Of a stretch of 32,000 nt of DNA, positions 9,636 through 17,005 are shown piece after piece. Where the stretch lies: NCBI GenBank assembly GCA_001552015.1, contig CP010514.1, forward strand, positions 450,001 to 482,000, read 5' to 3'. The notes beneath the pieces were generated by a model. That model was given only the letters and a program-made list of their open reading frames with translations. It was not told the origin of the DNA and ran no database searches. The translations under genes and the position numbers were made by a program. How positions within the stretch are numbered: the stretch's first letter is position 1; the number at the start of each line of letters is the position of its first letter. Origin of the DNA: Candidatus Nanopusillus acidilobi. Lineage in GTDB: Archaea > Nanobdellota > Nanobdellia > Nanobdellales > Nanobdellaceae.

Positions 9636-10100
9636 TTATATCCAATTATTTCTCTTTAATCTTAATAAAAAGGATAATGCTTTAGCAGCCTCTTCTGGAG
9701 ATTCAAATACTGGTAAATATTCCTCAACAGATATTTTTATTTGTTCTGTAAATCCTCCCCCATATATTAAAAATACTAAAGGAACTTTTTTATTAATTAT
9801 TTTTGATAATTTTTCAGGAAATTTTTCTGTAAAAAAAGGTAATTGAGGTAATAATATTGCAATTATTCCTTCAGTTCTTGAATCATTTAATAAAATCTTT
9901 AATCCTTCTATATATTGATCTTCACTTGCCTGAGCTGTAGTATCTATTGGATTATGAAATGAAGCAAAGGAAGGTAAAATATTTTTTAATTTTTCTTTAA
10001 TATCATCTGGTGTTTCTTCTATTTTAATATTATTTTCTTCTAAAGCATCTGTTGTTAAAACACCCTCACCCCCTCCATTTGTATATATGTAAATAACCAT
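9636..10100 (-). CDS. acyl-CoA synthetase (NDP-forming) alpha subunit, C-terminal ligase domain fragment
   Basis: IYTNGGGEGVLTTDALEENNIKI...FHNPIDTTAQASEDQY matches the C-terminal domain of ACD alpha / Succ_CoA_lig-like proteins. Confidence 0.75.
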   Translation of the reverse strand: MVIYIYTNGGGEGVLTTDALEENNIKIEETPDDIKEKLKNILPSFASFHNPIDTTAQASEDQYIEGLKILLNDSRTEGIIAILLPQLPFFTEKFPEKLSKIINKKVPLVFLIYGGGFTEQIKISVEEYLPVFESPEEAAKALSFLLRLKRNNWI

Positions 10101-10102
10101 TA

Positions 10103-10978
10103 TTATAAATAGAATGCTAGAGTTTTTAAATAGATCATAAAATCTCCCATACTTTTTGCTTCAATTATATTATGTTGTTTAAATAAATTTCTATATACTT
10201 CATAATCTCCTGCCATAGATGCTGTATGAGAAGAAACTGCAACAGAACCCCTTTTTGTTTTTCCAGATTTTAATACTATTATTGGTCTATTTAATTGACT
10301 TGCAACTTCTAAAAATTCTTTACCTCTTCCTTCTCTTAATCCTTCCATATATATAAATATTGCCTTGGAATTTTGATCATCCTTTAATTCTTTTAATATT
10401 TCAACCTCATCTAAATCAATTTTATTTCCATAAGAAATTATCTTTGATACACCAATATTTTTACTTGATAACCATTCCATAACCGCTAAGGCAATTGCAC
10501 CAGATTGGGACAATAGAACAATTTTTCCTTTCTTTGGTCTTATTAATCTTTTATCATCAACAAAAAATGTATCTATACCATTATATGGATCATATACTCC
10601 CATACCATTTGGTCCCAATATTCTTATTCCATATTTTTTTGAATATTCTAATATTTTTTCTTCAAGATCTTTTCTTCCAACTTCAGAAAAACCAGCAGAA
10701 ACTATTATTGCCAATTTTACTCCCTTTTCTCCAGCTTGTTTTATAACTTCAGGAACACCTTCTGCAGGTATTGCTACTACAACAGCATCTATATTTTCAT
10801 TTATTTCAAGAATATTTTTATAGCATTTTAGATTATATAAATTATCGTAATTTGGATTTATTGGATATATTTTTCCAGGAAATCTTTTAATAAAATTCTT
10901 TAATATTATATTTCCAACCTTTCCTTCTTTATTACTTGCTCCTACAATTGCAACAGATTTTATATCAAATATACTCAT
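10103..10978 (-). CDS. acyl-CoA synthetase (NDP-forming) alpha subunit, CoA-binding and first ligase domains
   Basis: SVAIVGASNKEGKVGNIILKNF, GPNGMGVYDP, LSQSGAIALAVMEWLSSKNIGVSKIISYGNKIDLDEVE, catalytic-His region VSSHTASMAGD. Confidence 0.87.
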   Translation of the reverse strand: MSIFDIKSVAIVGASNKEGKVGNIILKNFIKRFPGKIYPINPNYDNLYNLKCYKNILEINENIDAVVVAIPAEGVPEVIKQAGEKGVKLAIIVSAGFSEVGRKDLEEKILEYSKKYGIRILGPNGMGVYDPYNGIDTFFVDDKRLIRPKKGKIVLLSQSGAIALAVMEWLSSKNIGVSKIISYGNKIDLDEVEILKELKDDQNSKAIFIYMEGLREGRGKEFLEVASQLNRPIIVLKSGKTKRGSVAVSSHTASMAGDYEVYRNLFKQHNIIEAKSMGDFMIYLKTLAFYL

Positions 10979-11301
10979 ACTTTAATATAGCATTTTACAT
11001 ATTTATATTTTTTTTCACATAATTGGCATAACATAGATTGTAGATCTAATAATTTGATATTTTTATCATTTTTTAATAATTCTGCCATTTTAATTAATAT
11101 AATTTTATCTTCTTTATCAAATTCAAAATAAGATTTCCCTCTTATACCCTTTAAATATTGAGAAACTGCAGATTGAGTTATTGATAATTTATCTGCAATT
11201 TCTTCTTGAGACATTTTATAATCATCATACAATATTTTTGACAATTCCTTTCTAATTGAAGGAAGCAATTCTTTTACGAATAGCTCACATCTCAATGTCA
11301 T
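10975..11301 (-). CDS. XRE-family HTH transcriptional regulator with C-terminal Cys motif
   Basis: MSQEEIADKLSITQSAVSQYLKGIRG helix-turn-helix; CQLCEKK; 4-nt overlap with the next gene. Confidence 0.8.
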   Translation of the reverse strand: MTLRCELFVKELLPSIRKELSKILYDDYKMSQEEIADKLSITQSAVSQYLKGIRGKSYFEFDKEDKIILIKMAELLKNDKNIKLLDLQSMLCQLCEKKYKYVKCYIKV

Positions 11302-11341
11302 ATAATGATGTTATATAAAAAATTTTAAAAATAGCTTACCA

Positions 11342-11353
11342 ACCTAGTTAGGT
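11342..11353. promoter_or_regulatory. candidate operator palindrome upstream of the HTH regulator
   Basis: ACCTAGTTAGGT: ACCTA/TAGGT half-sites in the 76-nt gap just 5' of the regulator start at 11301. Confidence 0.25.
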
Positions 11354-11377
11354 ATAATCTTTCTAATAATTATTAAA

Positions 11378-12625
11378 CTATTCAATTAAGACACTTTTTA
11401 TACTATCGTTTGTTTCAACATCTTTAAAGAACCTTTTATATAGATATATATTTGCAATATTAACTATAAATGCCAATAAGAAGGGAATTTGTAAAGCTAA
11501 ATAATCTATCATAAATCCACTAAATATTGCTGCAATAGCAGATGGAAATAACCTGGCAGCTTGATTCATGCCGGTTGCCGTAGACCTTGAATCTTGACTA
11601 ACTAAACTCATCATTAAAGATGATTGAGTTGGCAATGAAATAACTCTAAACATAATATAGGTTAAATATAGTACTAATGCTATTATTAGATCATAAATTA
11701 AGATTTGAGAGAACCTATTCACAAATGGTAGTAATACTAGAGCTACAGTAGATATAGATCTAGTTAACACAACAGTCCTAACAAAACCAAGCTTATCAGT
11801 TATTATAGGAGTTAAAAGCGATGCAAATGCGGCTACTATACCACCAAGGAAAAATATATTACCTATCTCACCCTTAGGAACTTTAAGTAATACTTCAAAA
11901 ATCAAGGGTAGAAATGGTGTTACCAGCCCTTGTCCAAGACCATTTAAAGTTCCAGTAGCTACAAAAATTTTGATGATTTTCTTATCTGATTCATGCTTAT
12001 TATTTGAATTAAAGGAATGTCTACTGAGACTTTCACTATATCTATCACTAACCGGTAATATTGCAATTAGTGAAGCTAATGAAAAGATTAAAGCTATTAT
12101 AAATTCCTCCCTATAACTTAAGTGAGATAATAATGCCCCAAATGCTCCAGCCAGACTTAAAGATAAGAAAAATAGAGAATAAATCTTTGTCCTGTTCTTT
12201 TCATTTGTTTTATCTGCTAGTAAAGCATTCATTATTGGAGCTGCCACCGCACCTGCACTACCACTTGCCAATGCACCAGCTGTACCAAAACCACCCAGTG
12301 CAGCAGCTACCAAAAGGAAAGGATAGCTTGAAGCTAAAAGGAGAATTAGTATTGATAATGGTAAAAAAGGTAAGATAACCATAAGTACTCTCTTCCTACC
12401 ATAATAATCTCCTAATCTACCAAAATAAATGCTCATTAATGGAGCTGAAAATGCTCCAACACCAAAGAAAATTCCTATCAACATGAAAGATAGGTGAAGT
12501 ACATTATAAAGATACAATCCAATAATAACTCCAAGAGCACCAGTTGCAATACTTCTAAAAATTCCAGATAAGAGTATAAGAATAATATCATTTTTATCAT
12601 CCATTAACCAATCTACAACGATCAC
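11378..12625 (-). CDS. major facilitator superfamily (MFS) transporter
   Basis: About 12 hydrophobic segments; GRLGDYYGRKRVLMV motif; 415 aa. Confidence 0.88.
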   Translation of the reverse strand: MIVVDWLMDDKNDIILILLSGIFRSIATGALGVIIGLYLYNVLHLSFMLIGIFFGVGAFSAPLMSIYFGRLGDYYGRKRVLMVILPFLPLSILILLLASSYPFLLVAAALGGFGTAGALASGSAGAVAAPIMNALLADKTNEKNRTKIYSLFFLSLSLAGAFGALLSHLSYREEFIIALIFSLASLIAILPVSDRYSESLSRHSFNSNNKHESDKKIIKIFVATGTLNGLGQGLVTPFLPLIFEVLLKVPKGEIGNIFFLGGIVAAFASLLTPIITDKLGFVRTVVLTRSISTVALVLLPFVNRFSQILIYDLIIALVLYLTYIMFRVISLPTQSSLMMSLVSQDSRSTATGMNQAARLFPSAIAAIFSGFMIDYLALQIPFLLAFIVNIANIYLYKRFFKDVETNDSIKSVLIE

Positions 12626-12732
12626 CTTTATAAACTAAATTAAGTTTACAATAAAAAATAGAATCTTTTTTAGCTTTTATCAAATTTAAGATTAATAAAA
12701 TTACCCAAAACATTTATAATCTTCATTAATTG

Positions 12733-12805
12733 TAGGCCCGCCGGGATTTGAACCCGGGACCTCCGGATAGTGAGTCCGGCATCATACCCCCTAGACTACG
12801 GGCCT
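12733..12805 (-). tRNA. tRNA-Val (CAC)
   Basis: Minus strand AGGCCCG...CCGGA-CTCACTA-TCCGG...CCGGG-TTCAAAT-CCCGG-CGGGCCT-A. Confidence 0.94.
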
Positions 12806-12833
12806 TAAAATATTTTTATAAAAAATATTTTTT

Positions 12834-13592
12834 ATGATATTGGAAAAAATTACCTCAAAATATATTAATTATATAACTGTAAGAAATTATGATAAAAACA
12901 AAAAATATATTGGGCAAGATTGCATTGTAAAATATTTATTAAATAGGAAAAAATTATATAAAGATGATGGAGAAATTATATACAAAAATTTTATTGAAGT
13001 AAAATATAATAAAGATGCAAAAGAAGAAATAGATATACAAAAAGAAAAAATATTAAAAGATATTGAAAATGAAAAGAAATTCCTAATAGATAATTCATTA
13101 TATAATTTATTACCAAATAAGGGAAAAATTAGTTTAAAAATACAGATTTCTCAATCATTAAGAGTTATAAGAGAATATTTATTTGATAGTAATTTAATAT
13201 TAATTGGGGATATCGATTATTCCTTTTTAGGTAAAAATCTTGTAAATATATATAAAAAACAGGAAGATTTTGATTTCTATAAATATAAAGCAATAATATT
13301 AGATCCTTATGGAGATGAAATATTAAACAACGAAGATTTAAATAAATATAACTTATTCATTCTAGGAGGAATTGTTGATATTGATCTAAATTGGCAATAT
13401 GCAACACAATATTTATTTAGAAATATTGATTTACCACATAAAAGAATAGAATTATATGGGTCTATAAAGAATGTTCCAGATAGAATAAATATATTAATAA
13501 AGATTTTATTAGACTCTATTTATTTAAATATTCCATTAGAAAAATCTATAGTAATTAATTCACCAAAAAAATTTAGTAAACGCGTTCAATAA
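12834..13592 (+). CDS. Trm10-like SPOUT tRNA (purine-9) N1-methyltransferase
   Basis: AIILDPYGDEILNNEDLNKYNLFILGGIVD ... IELYGSIKNVPDRINILIKILLDSIYLNIPLEKSI resembles archaeal Trm10 C-terminal motifs. Confidence 0.6.
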   Translation: MILEKITSKYINYITVRNYDKNKKYIGQDCIVKYLLNRKKLYKDDGEIIYKNFIEVKYNKDAKEEIDIQKEKILKDIENEKKFLIDNSLYNLLPNKGKISLKIQISQSLRVIREYLFDSNLILIGDIDYSFLGKNLVNIYKKQEDFDFYKYKAIILDPYGDEILNNEDLNKYNLFILGGIVDIDLNWQYATQYLFRNIDLPHKRIELYGSIKNVPDRINILIKILLDSIYLNIPLEKSIVINSPKKFSKRVQ

Positions 13593-14406
13593 TATTATAT
13601 AAATTTTCATAAACAGAATCTGGATGTTTTTCAATATATCTATCTAAGTTTCTTGTTATTTTATCAATATCTATTTCATTAAATACCTTTCTTAAATTAT
13701 TTAAGTCCCTTTCATTAAATCCCTTACTTATTATTTCTTTAATTTTATCTCTATATCTATTTTCATATTCTTCTAAATCTTTTATATCCCTATCTTTATA
13801 TCTAAAGAATTTATAAAATAAAGAAAATAATCCAAAATTATAAAAATATAATGTATGCTCCAAACCACTTTTTTTAATTAATAGATTTCCTTCTGTATCG
13901 ATCATTATATATAATTTTAAATTCAATAAATCTGCTTTTATATAAGAATATATTCCATATAAGTTTGGAATTATTAATTCTTCTCCATTTAAACTTAACC
14001 CAAATCCATAAACATTATTTGGTAGAAATTCATATTTATATCCTCTCATTTCAATATATTTTGTTACAATATCTCTTTGTTCTATAGTTCTTTGTTGATC
14101 TATGCATACTATATCAATTACATTACTTACATCTTTTTCTCTAAATTTTAAGATTCTTGTTATTTCTATATTCCCAGTTGTAGAACAACCATCAATAATT
14201 ATACTATCTAAATTCATATATCTTTCTATTTCGGCAAACGGTACCCTTTTCCTTTTTATTCCTTCATGAAATCTTGCATTATATAAAAAGATCATATGTT
14301 GAATTTCTGAAACTATTGGAAGATAATATTGAGGATTTGACAATTTATTAGAATTATTTATTATATCTCTAGCATCCCAAATTGTTGATTCAAGATTATT
14401 AACCAT
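13573..14406 (-). CDS. hypothetical protein (277 aa)
   Basis: Long ORF with good codon composition; convergent with and overlapping the previous gene by 20 nt; no family recognised. Confidence 0.6.
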   Translation of the reverse strand: MVNNLESTIWDARDIINNSNKLSNPQYYLPIVSEIQHMIFLYNARFHEGIKRKRVPFAEIERYMNLDSIIIDGCSTTGNIEITRILKFREKDVSNVIDIVCIDQQRTIEQRDIVTKYIEMRGYKYEFLPNNVYGFGLSLNGEELIIPNLYGIYSYIKADLLNLKLYIMIDTEGNLLIKKSGLEHTLYFYNFGLFSLFYKFFRYKDRDIKDLEEYENRYRDKIKEIISKGFNERDLNNLRKVFNEIDIDKITRNLDRYIEKHPDSVYENLYNIIERVY

Positions 14407-14437
14407 AAAAATTATTAAATAATTAATTTTATAAGAA

Positions 14438-14510
14438 TAGCCCCGCGGGGATTCGAACCCCGGTCTCAGGGACCAGAGCCCTGAATCCTAGACCACTAGA
14501 CGACGGGGCT
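14438..14510 (-). tRNA. tRNA-Gln (CTG)
   Basis: Minus strand AGCCCCG...CAGGG-CTCTGGT-CCCTG...CGGGG-TTCGAAT-CCCCG-CGGGGCT-A. Confidence 0.94.
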
Positions 14511-14559
14511 TTCCTAAATATAAATTTATAAAAATAAAAATATATAGATTTATTCATAA

Positions 14560-14967
14560 ATGAATAAGGAATATAAAAGAATATCCATTAAGGACGTAAA
14601 GAGATTAATAGCAATAGTAAAGATAAATAAAAATGAGAGTTTTATAGATATTATTAGAGAATTTTCTAATGATTTTGCAAAAATTTTAAATAGTAGATTA
14701 TTATATTATAAAATTTATCTATTTCCAGCAGATTTTGAGGGAAATAAAGATATAACATTTACAGGAATCTTAGCAACATCCCATATAGTAATAAGTAGCT
14801 ATACTGAAGAAGACGGAATTTATATAGACATAGATGCTGCATGGTGCAGTGGAGAAAAATTAAATAAAGAAAAATTAGAAGAATTACTTAAAAAATATTT
14901 TAAAAATTATGAAATAAAATCTTTTAAGATATATGATTATCTTGGTGAGGAAAGCCTTCTCAGCTGA
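14560..14967 (+). CDS. divergent SpeD-family (S-adenosylmethionine decarboxylase-like) protein
   Basis: FTGILATSHIVISSYTEEDGIYIDIDAAWCSGEKLNKEKLEELLKKYF parallels SpeD 'VxGVxxxAESHISIHTWPExGYAAVDxFTCG...PxxAxxxL'; processing-site Ser-His and the downstream Cys are kept. Confidence 0.5.
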   Translation: MNKEYKRISIKDVKRLIAIVKINKNESFIDIIREFSNDFAKILNSRLLYYKIYLFPADFEGNKDITFTGILATSHIVISSYTEEDGIYIDIDAAWCSGEKLNKEKLEELLKKYFKNYEIKSFKIYDYLGEESLLS

Positions 14968-14993
14968 TAAATGATGAATGCCAAGTTCACTGA
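14945..14993 (+). ncRNA. candidate C/D-box sRNA (2'-O-methylation guide)
   Basis: C GTGAGGA (14945-14951), 12-nt guide AAGCCTTCTCAG, D' CTGA (14964-14967), 3-nt TAA, C' ATGATGA (14971-14977), 12-nt guide ATGCCAAGTTCA, D CTGA (14990-14993); short flanking ATCT/AGAT pairing. Confidence 0.65.
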
Positions 14994-15028
14994 TAGATTT
15001 ATAATGGTGTTATATAATATATTATTCA

Positions 15029-16057
15029 ATGCCTGAAAATATTGAAAAATGGAGAGTACATGATTTAAATACTTCAAAACAATTAGAAAAAGCCGGATAT
15101 GGAATTTACAATCATTCTGCTGTTGAAATTTGTCATTGGACAAAAGAATCAATTATAAATGGAAGAACATGCTATAAAAATAAATTCTATGGAATAGATA
15201 CTGCAGGATGTATGGAAATGTCTCAATCCGTTGTTTGGTGTACAAATAGATGTATATTTTGCTGGAGACCAAATACAAAATTTGAACCTTATTATAATAT
15301 ATTACCAGAAGATAAAGTAGATAAACCTGAAGAAATAATGGAAAAACTAAGAGAATTAAGAAAGAAATTATTAATTGGATATTATGGAAATCCAAAAGCA
15401 AATAAAGAATTATTAGATAAATTTATTGATAAACCAACACATGTTACATTCTCATTATCTGGAGAACCATTATTATATCCATATGTTGCAGAAAGTATAT
15501 TATATATTAAGAAAAATTGGCCATGGATAAAATCAATATTTATAGTAACATCTGGACAAGTTCCAGAAGCATTGAAAAGATTAATTGAAAAGAATGCATT
15601 ACCAACGCAATTATATATATCATTTACAGCTCCAAATAAAGAAATGTATAAAAAAATATCTGCACCTTTATATAAAGATTATTGGGAAAGATTTCTAAAA
15701 TCATTAGAAATTGCTTCAAAAATGAAAACAAGAAGAGTTGCAAGAATAACATTAATTAAAGGAATAAATGATGATCCAAAATATTTTGATGAATGGGCAA
15801 AATTAATTGAAATATATAATCCTCATTTTATAGAAGTAAAGTCTTATTCATTATTAGGATACTCAAGATCAAGATTAAAATTTGAAAATGTTCCAAGTAT
15901 GGAAGATATAAGAAATTTTGCAAAAGGATTAGTAGAAAAATTACCTGGTTATGAAATATTTAAAGAAGATATTGATTCAAGAATTGTATTAATAAAAAAT
16001 AGAAGAGAAGGAATGGATATAGATCCTATAATAAAAAATGTAGAACCTAATGTATAA
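15029..16057 (+). CDS. taw1: tRNA 4-demethylwyosine synthase (radical SAM)
   Basis: CMEMSQSVVWCTNRCIFCWRPNT radical-SAM CxxxCxxC; SLSGEPLLYPYV; TLIKGIN; EVKSYSLLGYSRSRL, all TYW1/Taw1 motifs. Confidence 0.93.
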   Translation: MPENIEKWRVHDLNTSKQLEKAGYGIYNHSAVEICHWTKESIINGRTCYKNKFYGIDTAGCMEMSQSVVWCTNRCIFCWRPNTKFEPYYNILPEDKVDKPEEIMEKLRELRKKLLIGYYGNPKANKELLDKFIDKPTHVTFSLSGEPLLYPYVAESILYIKKNWPWIKSIFIVTSGQVPEALKRLIEKNALPTQLYISFTAPNKEMYKKISAPLYKDYWERFLKSLEIASKMKTRRVARITLIKGINDDPKYFDEWAKLIEIYNPHFIEVKSYSLLGYSRSRLKFENVPSMEDIRNFAKGLVEKLPGYEIFKEDIDSRIVLIKNRREGMDIDPIIKNVEPNV

Positions 16058-16183
16058 TTATTTTAATCTATAAGGTGAAACTATCCTACCAAATTTTCTA
16101 ATTGCTGCCCAAAAAGGTGGTCTCATAAATTTTCTTATTTCCCTGATTTTTCTTATTTTAACATTATAGTTCTTGAATACCAT
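16058..16183 (-). CDS. small basic protein, possible divergent/short ribosomal protein L39e (not in supplied ORF track)
   Basis: Hand translation MVFKNYNVKIRKIREIRKFMRPPFWAAIRKFGRIVSPYRLK; partial match to the L39e pattern 'KxRLAKAxKQNRPxPxWxRxKT' but lacking the usual RRxWRR tail. Confidence 0.4.
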   Translation of the reverse strand: MVFKNYNVKIRKIREIRKFMRPPFWAAIRKFGRIVSPYRLK

Positions 16184-16213
16184 TATAATTCCTTAAATGA
16201 AAAAATTTTAAAA

Positions 16214-17005
16214 TTATAACAAAAAGAAAAAGCCTATAGATATAATTGTTAAAATTATGCTATGAATTATACCAGACTTTATAGTTCCCTTTGCAAGTTT
16301 TCCAATAACCAAACCTGTAAAAATTGCGTTAATTAATAATAGTAAAAAAGATAAGAACCTATATATATTTATTAATTCATAATATGATTCTTTATTAAAT
16401 GAGAAACCCAATGATTTTATATTAATTATTAAATAATATACTGCAATAATAGATAATAAAACTCCAAGATATAATCCATAATATGTATAGGTAGTAAGCT
16501 TTAGTTGAGATAATCTATCCTTTTTAATCATTTCTAAATTTCTTATACTTTCTGATAATGTATCTAATAAGTTACTTAAATCCCCACCACTTCTTAAAAC
16601 ATTATTTATATTTGATAAAACTTCAGATATTTCTAAATTATTTATCCTTTTTGCAGAATCATTTAATGCATCATAGAAAGTTTTTCCATATTCCATTTCA
16701 GAAATTATATACTTAATTTCTCTATTCAATCTTTTTCCATAATAATTATTTGATACACTCTTTAAAGCAACTGGCAATGGTTGTCCTATTTTTAAATAAT
16801 GTGATAGATCTCTTAAAAATAATGGAAAATTATTTACCATCTCTTCATACTCTAAATATTCTTGAAGATATTTTAATGAATAAATTAAATATAATAATAC
16901 AATTATTCCAATTTTAACAAATATATTAATATTTATTGGTAAGAATATGAAAAATATTGAAAAAACAGTTATTAAAGATATATATAATATGTCCTTTTTA
17001 TTCAT
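16214..17005 (-). CDS. T2SSF/TadC-like archaeal type IV pilus/secretion membrane protein
   Basis: FPLFLRDLSHYLKIGQPLPVALKSVSNNYYG ... EISEVLSNINNVLRSGGDLSNLLDTLSESI ... multiple C-terminal TMs. Confidence 0.8.
   Translation of the reverse strand: MNKKDILYISLITVFSIFFIFLPININIFVKIGIIVLLYLIYSLKYLQEYLEYEEMVNNFPLFLRDLSHYLKIGQPLPVALKSVSNNYYGKRLNREIKYIISEMEYGKTFYDALNDSAKRINNLEISEVLSNINNVLRSGGDLSNLLDTLSESIRNLEMIKKDRLSQLKLTTYTYYGLYLGVLLSIIAVYYLIINIKSLGFSFNKESYYELINIYRFLSFLLLLINAIFTGLVIGKLAKGTIKSGIIHSIILTIISIGFFFLL

Noticed and set aside
14937-15401. Minus-strand ORFs 14937..15152 and 15153..15401
   Set aside because: They overlap the strongly supported taw1 coding sequence and have no independent motif.
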